64,000 nucleotides of DNA. Source: an uncultured Glaciecola sp. (GTDB lineage: Bacteria > Pseudomonadota > Gammaproteobacteria > Enterobacterales > Alteromonadaceae). The notes beneath the pieces are model-generated. The model worked only from the letters and a program-made list of their open reading frames with translations. It was not told the origin of the DNA and made no database searches. A program made the position numbers and the translations under genes. Positions 56,038 to 64,000 of the stretch are shown here, in pieces. How positions within the stretch are numbered: the first letter of the stretch is position 1; each line of letters starts with the position of its first letter. Location of the stretch: positions 349-64,348 of the forward strand of contig CAZUON010000005.1 in the NCBI GenBank assembly GCA_964621345.1, written 5' to 3'.

Positions 56038-58892
56038 TTCACACCATATAGCACTTTTAAGGTTGGCAGCAATGCAAGGTCCGCACTAGATAGAGGCCCT
56101 CTTGCAATCCATTCAGTTAGCAATGCGTCGGCATCGGGTAGGCTGTGCCCTTGTAACTTCGACGCCATTAATTTGAGCTGCACACTCTTTTTTGCTTCAG
56201 AATCATTGGTGGTGTTATTGCCAGCAGCATCAGAAAACATGATATTTGCTGCCAATAACAATTCTTCCCGCGACAATTCAGCCATAATATTTGAAGAGTT
56301 AGTCGCCGCACTCTTCACAATAAAAGCTTGCTTGAACTTGGCAGGTAAAGCACTAAGTTGCTCATCGTCGAGGGGTTTCGAATAGGTAGCAAGGACATCA
56401 AACACATGCTGCATTTGTGCTTTAGACTTATCGTCTTGCAAGCGCTCGAGTTTGTTTTGATACGCTTTTTTGCAGCTACTTAGCGTTGCATTAAAACCTG
56501 TCTGCTTTGCCTTTGGCGCTCTGGCGACAAGCGCTGCGACCTCAGCAATACTAGCAGCAACTTCGCTAAGCGATTTGCCATCTTGAGCTAGCTCTACTTG
56601 CGCTTTTAGAGTTGATAGTGCTTCGCTTGTCAAGTTTGACTGGGTTTCATCTTCTGCTTTTTGCGCTTCAATGCTCATATTTAAACGCGCAAAGATCACA
56701 TCGTTTGCTTTTCTAAACGCTTCCCACAACGCATTGTCCTTTTTCGCACCACTGAATCCAATATTCTTCCACTGACTTTGCAATGATTTAGCACTTGCAA
56801 CTGCAGCTTCAATATCTTCTAACTCAGCGAGAGCGCTAGCCTTATCAATGAGACTTTGCTTTAACTGTGCGTTATTGTCATAAAAGGCATTCACCTTTGC
56901 TTGCAATGGTTTAAGTTTCGCTAAATACCCTTTGTGAAGCTTGTTGCGAGCACGCTTGTCCATTTCGCCTAGCTTACGATACTGCTGTGATATCGCCGCT
57001 AGGTGTTTACTTAATACGTTTATTTGTTCAACACTGCTTAAAGCATCAAGGGCTTCTAACACTTGCTCGCCTTTTTGTAGATTGTGTTCCCTTTGCTTAT
57101 CTTGCGCTTCAAAATGGGTTCTACATGGCGCAAAAGCAGCCTCTATAGCCATATCAAATTCTTTGTTAAGACTATCGTCCTCGTCGTTGTGAAGCCGACC
57201 TAACGAGTTATATTCTGTGCGATATTGCCTTACTAACGCAGCACGCGCGCTAACGTCAATTTCATTGTTGTCGGCCAACGCCTTAGCAGCTACTATCAGC
57301 TCTGGTTTGCGCGGCGTTGCTATGTAAGATTGCCAATCTTGTAACTCGCTTACGGCATTTTCGCTTTCTTCAAATTTACGACTTAGCGATGTACTTGCCC
57401 CTACAGCACTGCAAGTATCATACAAGGTCTTTGCGGCCCTAAAAGTTGCAATCGCGGCTTTATATTTACCTTGCTCAATCATACGCAAACAAGCGGCCAA
57501 CTTACTAAAACAACGCTTTTCTTCACGTGCTTTTGCTTCACGCTCTTGCTTTTTATGAGCATTACGCTCTGCCTTAATTGCTTGCCAAGTAGCCATTCGG
57601 GCGGCACTTGTGCCCTTTTGAACTAGGTTTTCTAACTGTTTAGCTAATGCAGCATAACCTTGCTCGTCAGCACTCTGTAATAGCGTTTTGTTTGTAACGT
57701 CTTCAAGCTCAGAACTAAGCAGATGCTTTACCTGCTCTAAAAGTGCATCAATCTGACCATTTCGTGCGATTTGCTCAGGTAATGCTTTAAGTAAAGTAAG
57801 ATTATCTTCAAAGCTTTTTCTAACCGTATTGAGGTCGCGTTGATGTTGTTTGCTCTGACGGTTCAAAGACTCTACATTTACTGCCACTTGCAAGTCGTTA
57901 AGCTCTAGATCTAAATCCTCTATTGCTCGGGTAAGCAATTCAGTCTGACTCTCTAATTGCGTGTCAGTGTCACTCTGACATAGCAAGTTAACCTGCCCGG
58001 CGATGGTTTCCATTCTATTTTGAATATCGCTTATGCTATCGTTTAGGGCCTTGCTATGGAGCTGCGATTGGTACTCGGGCTCCAATTGCGCCAAACGCTT
58101 ATCGACTTTTTCTTTGATGTACAAATATTTAGAGGACAGCTGAGTCGAATCCTCTTCGCTTAAACATAAAAACTCTTGTTTAATCTCAACAAACTCGCTC
58201 TGCAACTGTTGCTTTTGACGCGTAATCGCCTCAAAGTCATTTAGCTCATACAATGCCAACAAGCGACTGTTTATAAGCGTTGCCGCCGCTTTTACTTTTA
58301 CAGGTTTGGCCGCAGCTTCAGCTATTTCGTTTAGTTTGACCGCGATATCAGAGGCGATATCAATTGAGTTACCGAGCTTGCTATAGCGCTTGAGCCTTTT
58401 CTCGTCGGTAGTCGATGCAATAATATGACGTTTCTGAGCATCAGTAGCACGCTCACAGTAGAAACGTTTAAGCTCCTGTTCGTTACAGATTTGCAAAGCG
58501 CTTGTTACGCACAATTCGCTATGCTCTTGCAAACGGAGACTAGAAAAGAGCATCGTTTTTAATAAGTCGTTGTGCTTTAACTGCTTAACAATATCAAAGA
58601 ACAATGTGTCACTCGCTTGTTGCGGGTCCTCAATTAGCTTCAATACTTTTGCTTTCGCTTGTACTTTTACCTCGTTCTTAAAATGCGTTTCGTAAGCTTT
58701 TAAATAGAGCGTAAAAGAAGCTAGTGCCTCTAGCGCAGCCATACTCACCGATACACACTCGTCGTTAAATGCAAGTTCATGCAGTATTTGCTTGTCTTTT
58801 TCTTGTTGTGGATTAAGCGTTTTAATCGCGCTTAAGCGCACGTCGGCATCGGCATGCGTATGCGCCTTTTTGAAAAGTTTTTTAAATATCAT
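56034..58892 (-). CDS. Large coiled-coil protein, DUF349-repeat family
   Basis: 952 aa, highly helical and Ala/Lys/Glu/Gln-rich. Recurring W..F...N/D units (LWEAFRKANDVIFARL, WQAIKAERNAHKK) typical of DUF349 as I recall it. Confidence 0.7.
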   Translation of the reverse strand: MIFKKLFKKAHTHADADVRLSAIKTLNPQQEKDKQILHELAFNDECVSVSMAALEALASFTLYLKAYETHFKNEVKVQAKAKVLKLIEDPQQASDTLFFDIVKQLKHNDLLKTMLFSSLRLQEHSELCVTSALQICNEQELKRFYCERATDAQKRHIIASTTDEKRLKRYSKLGNSIDIASDIAVKLNEIAEAAAKPVKVKAAATLINSRLLALYELNDFEAITRQKQQLQSEFVEIKQEFLCLSEEDSTQLSSKYLYIKEKVDKRLAQLEPEYQSQLHSKALNDSISDIQNRMETIAGQVNLLCQSDTDTQLESQTELLTRAIEDLDLELNDLQVAVNVESLNRQSKQHQRDLNTVRKSFEDNLTLLKALPEQIARNGQIDALLEQVKHLLSSELEDVTNKTLLQSADEQGYAALAKQLENLVQKGTSAARMATWQAIKAERNAHKKQEREAKAREEKRCFSKLAACLRMIEQGKYKAAIATFRAAKTLYDTCSAVGASTSLSRKFEESENAVSELQDWQSYIATPRKPELIVAAKALADNNEIDVSARAALVRQYRTEYNSLGRLHNDEDDSLNKEFDMAIEAAFAPCRTHFEAQDKQREHNLQKGEQVLEALDALSSVEQINVLSKHLAAISQQYRKLGEMDKRARNKLHKGYLAKLKPLQAKVNAFYDNNAQLKQSLIDKASALAELEDIEAAVASAKSLQSQWKNIGFSGAKKDNALWEAFRKANDVIFARLNMSIEAQKAEDETQSNLTSEALSTLKAQVELAQDGKSLSEVAASIAEVAALVARAPKAKQTGFNATLSSCKKAYQNKLERLQDDKSKAQMQHVFDVLATYSKPLDDEQLSALPAKFKQAFIVKSAATNSSNIMAELSREELLLAANIMFSDAAGNNTTNDSEAKKSVQLKLMASKLQGHSLPDADALLTEWIARGPLSSADLALLPTLKVLYGVK

Positions 58893-59175
58893 TTTGTTTA
58901 AATCGAGCTATAGGCGTTTCGTTGGCGCTTGCTTGTTTCATTTCTTGTTGCATTTCGCTGCGGCTTTTTTGCACTATTTCACCGTCTTTTCCTACGGTCA
59001 TGTGCTGGTCAGACTGTTCAACCTTACTTTGATACAACAACACCGCTTGCATCGCATTTTCTTTTTGCTCTTCGCTTAATTTGCTTCCATCAGGCCATTT
59101 ACCCGTTTCAACCGCTTGTCTCAAATTGTTATAAATTTGAGGTGTCATTGCCGCAACTAACTGCTCAACTTCCAC
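58882..59175 (-). CDS. yeaC: YeaC-like protein (DUF1315)
   Basis: 97 aa. MTPQIYNNLRQAVETGKWPDGSKLSEEQKENAMQAVLLYQ matches the YeaC family pattern. The stop overlaps the DUF349 start by 11 nt. Confidence 0.75.
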   Translation of the reverse strand: MEVEQLVAAMTPQIYNNLRQAVETGKWPDGSKLSEEQKENAMQAVLLYQSKVEQSDQHMTVGKDGEIVQKSRSEMQQEMKQASANETPIARFKQNDI

Positions 59176-59179
59176 TTGT

Positions 59180-59512
59180 CTAACCCCTTTTTGCCAATGT
59201 GACCCTGACCCTATTTACCGCATACCAAATAAAGCCTAAGGCGGTAACCGCTACCGATATATTATACATCAACACGCCTTCTTCGGTGTTGGGAAAATCA
59301 CCTAAAAATACAAAATAAGCGCCTACTACAAATACTAAAATTGCTAACATAGATTGATTTTGCAAACTATGCAGTTTTTGATAACGCTCATTGTTTAATT
59401 TTCGCTGAATATCCTCGGCGCTAGTGTCGCCCAATGACAAATTACAGTGCGGGCAGGTTTTGCCCTTATCAGACATTGGTTTTTTACAGGCAGGACAATT
59501 TGTAATCGCCAT
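59180..59512 (-). CDS. Zinc-ribbon membrane protein (hypothetical)
   Basis: 110 aa. CPACKK...CPHC zinc ribbon followed by two hydrophobic helices. It lies 4 nt upstream of yeaC. Confidence 0.5.
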   Translation of the reverse strand: MAITNCPACKKPMSDKGKTCPHCNLSLGDTSAEDIQRKLNNERYQKLHSLQNQSMLAILVFVVGAYFVFLGDFPNTEEGVLMYNISVAVTALGFIWYAVNRVRVTLAKRG

Positions 59513-59610
59513 TTAAACTCCCACTTTACTCACCACACTACATGGCTATATTTTTATGTTTAAAGATATTTCGCTGCGCTTACAACAACGCAAACACGCA
59601 CGTTGCATAC

Positions 59611-59642
59611 AAAAAAGGCTAACCCTCGGGTTAACCTTTTTT
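59611..59642. terminator. Rho-independent terminator after the symporter gene
   Basis: AAAAAAGGCTAACCCTCGGGTTAACCTTTTTT is an imperfect hairpin flanked by A6 and T6. It lies 15 nt past the stop at 59657. Confidence 0.55.
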
Positions 59643-59656
59643 ATGCAGCAAAGGCT

Positions 59657-61318
59657 CTATTTGTTCACTTTTTCCCAGTAATCATTGACCGATTGCTTCA
59701 TCTCTTTTCTTAGCATCATGATACCAAATAGATTGGGCAGCGTCATAACCACAATTGCTACCGCAGACAATGCCCACACTAGGGTCGTATCTGAAATCGC
59801 AGCCCAAAAGAAACCGGCAACGTACAATACTCGATAAGGCATAACTGATGCAGGCCCTAACAAATAAGTCATTGCTCTATCGCCATAATATGACCATGCG
59901 ATTGCGGTTGAGAAAGCGAATAAGAGCAAGCCTACCGAGACGATATACTTTCCGTATTCACCAAAGAAGCCTTTGGTAAATGCGATAGCAGTCAAGTTTG
60001 CTGAATGTACTAAAGACTTACCTACCACCACTATATTGGCACGATTAATTTCGCCGTCTGCAATTTGCAAGGTACCAGTAAATGGGTCGTCTGGGGAGCC
60101 TACGTGGAAGGTTACATCTTCGGCAAAAGATCGTGCATTTATTAAAGTGTAGCCTCCGGTTACCGCAACACCATTAACTACCTGAATTTCGCCATTGTAT
60201 TGTTCTACAGAAGCACCTTCGTAGTCATTTAAAAATTGATACATCGCCGTAACGTCATCTTGTTTTGATTCTGTGTACTCACCTGAAATAAACTGCATAT
60301 CAGAACGGTCGAAAACGTTTTCATGCTTTTGATTCCAAACCCCTGAAGATAAAATAACTAGGCCGGTAACCGTACAGATTATGATGGTATCAATAAACGG
60401 TTCGAGTATTGAAACCATACCCTCAGACACAGGCTCTTTTGTTTTTGCAGCAGCATGGGCAATGGGTGCAGAGCCCTGTCCGGCTTCGTTTGAAAACAGG
60501 CCACGGTTAACACCTCGGTTAAATGCGTAAGCTAATGATGCTCCTAAGAAACCACCTGCAGCCGCTGAACCGGTAAAGGCATCGCTGATAATCGCAACAA
60601 AAGCGGGACCGATATTGCCAAAGTTTGCAAAGATAACAGCAAATGCACCAATCATATAAATTGCGGCCATAAACGGAACAATTTTAGATGTAACTGCAGC
60701 AATACGCTTAATTCCGCCAATTATGACCAAACCTAGCAGAATAGCTAATACACCACCAACATAGGCAGGCTGAAAGCCAAAGGTGGACTCAATACTGGTA
60801 GCAATACCGTTACTTTGTGGTAAGTTTCCGGTACCAAATGAACTGATCACCGTGGCGACCGCGAAGGCTACCGCAAGCCACTTCATGTTCAAGCCTCTAT
60901 CCATATAATACATTGGGCCGCCGGCCATGGTGCCATCGTCTGTTTTGACACGATATTTATGCGACAAAGTCACTTCCACAAACTTAGTGGTCATACCCAA
61001 AAACGCCGTTGCCCACATCCAAAATAGTGCTGCCGGACCGCCTAAAAAGATAGCAAATGCAACGCCACTTATATTGCCCGTCCCAACGGTACCAGAGAGC
61101 GCCGTTGTAAGGCTTTGAAAATGTGTTGTATCGCCTGGCTCATCGCCTTTATCAAATTTGCCGGTAACCACACGCCAAGCATGTTTAAAAAAGCGAATTT
61201 GAGGGAATTTTAAATAAATAGTAAAAAACGCACCAACACCTAGCAAAACAAAGGGAAACCACTTAGCTCCCCCTAAATAGCCGTCGAGCATATTAAAAAA
61301 ATTGAGTATGGCATCCAC
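59657..61318 (-). CDS. Alanine/glycine:cation symporter (AGCS family)
   Basis: 553 aa. [49 protein letters not shown] and AWSYYGD are AGCS signatures. It contains a roughly 100-aa hydrophilic insertion (see findings). Confidence 0.9.
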   Translation of the reverse strand: MDAILNFFNMLDGYLGGAKWFPFVLLGVGAFFTIYLKFPQIRFFKHAWRVVTGKFDKGDEPGDTTHFQSLTTALSGTVGTGNISGVAFAIFLGGPAALFWMWATAFLGMTTKFVEVTLSHKYRVKTDDGTMAGGPMYYMDRGLNMKWLAVAFAVATVISSFGTGNLPQSNGIATSIESTFGFQPAYVGGVLAILLGLVIIGGIKRIAAVTSKIVPFMAAIYMIGAFAVIFANFGNIGPAFVAIISDAFTGSAAAGGFLGASLAYAFNRGVNRGLFSNEAGQGSAPIAHAAAKTKEPVSEGMVSILEPFIDTIIICTVTGLVILSSGVWNQKHENVFDRSDMQFISGEYTESKQDDVTAMYQFLNDYEGASVEQYNGEIQVVNGVAVTGGYTLINARSFAEDVTFHVGSPDDPFTGTLQIADGEINRANIVVVGKSLVHSANLTAIAFTKGFFGEYGKYIVSVGLLLFAFSTAIAWSYYGDRAMTYLLGPASVMPYRVLYVAGFFWAAISDTTLVWALSAVAIVVMTLPNLFGIMMLRKEMKQSVNDYWEKVNK

Positions 61319-61339
61319 TGTAGTCTTCCTTTTTTATTA

Positions 61340-62467
61340 TTATCTGAGTTGTTTGCTAACGGCACGAATTGCCACTAATAAATCTTCGCCAAGTTGCTCA
61401 CAGCGAACTGTTGACCATCCGTAACTATTGTCAGGTAAATCTGCGTTGTCTTTAAACGGCATTTCTAGCGTGTAAGATAAGCAATCAAACTTGTGCCCTA
61501 CTGCATTACAGGCAACAGTAAGATTTGCCTCACCAGGTGCATCTTTATCATAACCGAATTCATCCTGAAACTCAGGAGTGGTGGCCATTAAGCTTTGTTT
61601 GAAGGTGTTTTCCAATGCGGCTATACGTGCATTGTAGTTTGGATTGCCTTCGGTACCCGCAACGAAATTATATGGCAGAGCTTCGTCGCCATGAATATCT
61701 AAAAACAAATCGACACCGGTTTGCTCCATCTTGTTAAGTACGTGGTAAACCTCCGGGCTTTTGTCGAGACTTGGCGCGGCCCATTCGCGGTTTAGGTTAA
61801 CACCTACCGCATTAGTGCGAAGATGCCCGCGCGCACTACCGTCTGGGTTCATATTAGGCACGACATAAAAGACGTTATCTGCAAGTAGCGCTCTAGCAGT
61901 GCCGTCGTCTTCATCAAGTAAGCGGCGCAATAGGCCTTCGATGAGCCATTCTGCCATGGTTTCACCTGGGTGTTGCCGAGCTGTTATCCAGACCTTATTT
62001 TTACCTGCATCGGCATCGCCAATCACAAGTAAGTTAAGCTCTCGACCATCAAGACTTGTACCTAAAAGCTCATGCTCGCAGTCATAGTGCATTTGTGCTT
62101 GTGCAATTAAATTAAGGTGCTGTTCATAACTGTAGGGAGCAAAATAAGCAAAATAAATGCTGCTGTATTCCGGTGTAAAATCAATCGTGAGTGTATCACC
62201 GTCGAATGAGCTAGCGACGCGAAACCACTCTTCACGGTCGTAGGACGCAACTGCCTGATAATCTTGCCAGCCATCGGGGTAGGCAGATTTTGCTAAGTCA
62301 TTAATACAAATCTTATGATTAACAAAAGCTTGAGTGTGTAATTTAAAATGAAACCATTGGTAAAAGTCTGATTGATTGTCTTTGTTGATGCTGAGCTGAA
62401 TATCTTCTGGGGACTGGGCGCTAATTACCCTTATATTTCCGCTGTCGAATTGGCTATTTATTATCAT
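61340..62467 (-). CDS. M14-family zinc carboxypeptidase, cytosolic-carboxypeptidase (CCP/Nna1, M14D)-like
   Basis: 375 aa with no signal peptide. N-terminal FDSGNI beta-sandwich motif and zinc ligands in ARQHPGETMAEW and LDIHGDE. Confidence 0.85.
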   Translation of the reverse strand: MIINSQFDSGNIRVISAQSPEDIQLSINKDNQSDFYQWFHFKLHTQAFVNHKICINDLAKSAYPDGWQDYQAVASYDREEWFRVASSFDGDTLTIDFTPEYSSIYFAYFAPYSYEQHLNLIAQAQMHYDCEHELLGTSLDGRELNLLVIGDADAGKNKVWITARQHPGETMAEWLIEGLLRRLLDEDDGTARALLADNVFYVVPNMNPDGSARGHLRTNAVGVNLNREWAAPSLDKSPEVYHVLNKMEQTGVDLFLDIHGDEALPYNFVAGTEGNPNYNARIAALENTFKQSLMATTPEFQDEFGYDKDAPGEANLTVACNAVGHKFDCLSYTLEMPFKDNADLPDNSYGWSTVRCEQLGEDLLVAIRAVSKQLR

Positions 62468-62770
62468 TTTTTGTGCCTAAAAACTTTTTTTAAAAGTGTA
62501 ACACAAGCTAACTAAAATCGAGAAAAAAGATATTAAACTTGGTCATCAACCGACCTCAAAAACACTGTCTGTGCGCTTTTGCGCTTGAAAGTAAATATAG
62601 TTTACGTTGAGTAATCATCATTTTTGAGCGGGTTGCAATTTGCTTAACGCCTAGTGTACTCTAAACATGAAATATATACTTTAGTATAGATAAATCAGCA
62701 AAAAGCATGAACATTGGCTTAACACAAAAGGCTTTGCATTACTAAAGAGACCTTAACTCACGGGAATATT

Positions 62771-63256
62771 TTGCAAAATATTAAGGTAGCTCATCACCGC
62801 GACCAGTTAAAGGTCCTAATTGTTGACGATGCCCCCAGCATTGTTCGTATTATTAGTGAAAGTATTAAGTTGCTTGCAAAGATAATTGTTGCAAAAGATG
62901 GTGGGCGGGCCCTTTCTTTGGTTAAGCATGAACGCCCTGACCTAGTCCTGCTCGACATTCAAATGCCCCACCTAAATGGATTAGATGTCTGTAAGGCAAT
63001 AAAGTCTGACCCCGAAATCTGGGATACCCGCATTATGTTCGTCACCGCAGAATCGCACCCTGAAACCGAATTAGAAGCACTTGGTTTAGGCGGTATCGAC
63101 TTTATTAGCAAACCGATCAATTCTGCAATTTTACGCACCCGCGTACAAAGCCAGCTCATCGCCATTAAACGCACAAAAGAGCTAATTGACGCGCGTAACG
63201 AACTCCATGGCCTAATTTCCACCCTTCCCGTCTTTGTTTCTTATTGGTCACGATAG
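62771..63256 (+). CDS. Response-regulator receiver (REC) domain protein, ending at an in-frame TAG inside the start of a PAS domain
   Basis: TTG start. LIVDDAPS, phospho-acceptor context LVLLDIQMPHLNG, and FISKPIN (conserved Lys). The last residues LISTLPVFVSYWSR look like the first strand of a PAS domain. Confidence 0.8.
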   Translation: MQNIKVAHHRDQLKVLIVDDAPSIVRIISESIKLLAKIIVAKDGGRALSLVKHERPDLVLLDIQMPHLNGLDVCKAIKSDPEIWDTRIMFVTAESHPETELEALGLGGIDFISKPINSAILRTRVQSQLIAIKRTKELIDARNELHGLISTLPVFVSYWSR

Positions 63257-64000
63257 TTAATTAATACCTACAGCAACGATTGTGAAGGAAAATGGTTCAG
63301 CCTTAAACCTCATGAACTCAGCAATTTGTTTTTGTCGACACTTTTTGAACCAGACGTGCATGAAGCACTGCAGCCAAATATAGATAAGGTTCTATGGGGC
63401 CAAAATAATATAACAGAAGTAGTGTTATCGCCTTTCAACGGGGCGAAACGGTACGCGCAATTGTCATTTATTAACAAACCATTGTTTGACGGAGTAGAAG
63501 GGTTTATTTTAGTCATTAGCGATGTTACCGAACGTAAGGTATCAGAACTCAAATTATTGGAAGACAAAGACAACATTGATATTACTTTGCGTTCGATTGG
63601 TGATGGGGTAATCGCAACCGACCTTGAAGGTAAGGTCACCTTTATTAATCCCGTTGCTGAACATATAACAGGCTATTTAGACGATAGCGCCGCTGGTCTT
63701 GAAATCGAAACGGTCATGCAATTGCGTGATGCCTTTACCCAAGAGACAGTGGTAAACCCTGTGCGTTTGGCAATAAAAGAAAATCGAGTGGTAGAAATGC
63801 CACTCGATACAACGATGCAAACAAAGCAAGGCGAGTTACTCTACATTGAGGATTCTGCTGCGCCCATCACCAACAAAGAAGGTGCACTTGTTGGCGCTAT
63901 CTTAGTATTCCATGATGTTAGTCAACAAAAAGCGGCCTCGCAACGCATGGTAAAACTTGCTACAGAGGATAGTCTTACTGAGTTACCGAACCGCGTATTG
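63257..64000 (+). pseudogene. In-frame continuation of the REC gene after the TAG: rest of PAS1, PAS2 and the start of a GGDEF domain. It runs off the window. The gene is either disrupted or needs readthrough.
   Basis: Same frame as 62771-63256 and open to position 64000: LINTYSNDCEGKWFSLKPHEL...ILVISDVTERK...LRSIGDGVIATDLEGKVTFINPVAEHITG...GAILVFHDVSQQKAASQRMVKLATEDSLTELPNRVL. The D-x-LT-x-LPNR linker precedes GGDEF domains. No ATG occurs for about 150 codons after the stop. Confidence 0.6.

Noticed and set aside
56017-56385. 122-aa plus-strand ORF at the ansA/DUF349 junction, and plus-strand ORFs at 56941, 58792 and 58929
   Set aside because: All are antisense to well-supported minus-strand genes. 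Their composition is Ser/Leu/Cys-rich, typical of the reverse frame of Ala/Lys/Glu-rich coiled coils.
63254-63265. TAGTTAATTAAT at the REC/PAS break has stops in all three forward frames and contains the TTAATTAA (PacI) palindrome, resembling an engineered stop cassette
   Set aside because: TTA-ATT-AAT encodes L-I-N, which fits the PAS sequence, so only the TAG is anomalous. No insertion or vector-like flanks are present. The out-of-frame stops are most simply a coincidence in AT-rich DNA.
63310-63639. 109-aa minus-strand ORF
   Set aside because: It is antisense to the open plus-strand frame that encodes recognisable PAS domain sequence.
1-64000. Search for CRISPR arrays, tRNA/rRNA genes, IS elements, integrases, prophage genes and long (over 50 bp) repeats
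   Set aside because: Reading the intergenic regions and the ORF track revealed none. I could not run a systematic repeat or covariance scan, so small ncRNAs cannot be excluded.

Overview
The window looks like a chromosomal segment from a marine gammaproteobacterium. The protein sequences resemble Alteromonadales or Pseudoalteromonas, but this is inference with no search run. I see no rRNA, tRNA, CRISPR array, transposase or integrase. Layout: (1) 1-3.0 kb holds the phhB 5' end and a TonB-dependent receptor. (2) 3.2-15.9 kb is a lipid and beta-oxidation-type island: MaoC hydratase, LysR regulator, alpha/beta hydrolase, two acyl-CoA dehydrogenases, a FadB/FadJ-like fusion, a DhlA-like haloalkane dehalogenase, SDR, quinone oxidoreductase and histidine phosphatase. 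Two diverged paralogous small secreted proteins lie at 4.8 kb and 12.5 kb and bracket most of it. (3) 16-30 kb holds hemN, a secreted Zn-metalloprotease, dut, an acyl-CoA ligase, a 1556-aa propeller-PAS-GGDEF-EAL sensor, an RNase J-like beta-CASP protein and a DUF1624-like membrane protein. (4) 30.4-45.4 kb is the most interesting part: 15 same-strand, partly translationally coupled genes, nearly all envelope-located and mostly without recognisable families. They include a transmembrane Hanks kinase with a periplasmic FGE/SUMF1-type domain, a bitopic FHA-domain protein, a membrane protein with a Lon(S16)-like Ser/Lys motif pair, a minimal MotA/ExbB/TolQ-like channel, a lipoprotein and several coiled-coil periplasmic proteins. 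(5) 45.5-52.3 kb holds an S9 peptidase, an ABC ATPase and a fused ABC-2 permease/M1 metallopeptidase. (6) 52.4-62.5 kb holds a second TonB-dependent receptor, a zinc-ribbon/yeaC/DUF349/ansA operon, an alanine:cation symporter with a large loop insertion, and a cytosolic-carboxypeptidase-like M14 enzyme. (7) 62.8-64.0 kb holds a REC-PAS-PAS-GGDEF gene interrupted by one in-frame TAG inside the first PAS domain. All family calls come from motif recognition by eye, not from database searches.
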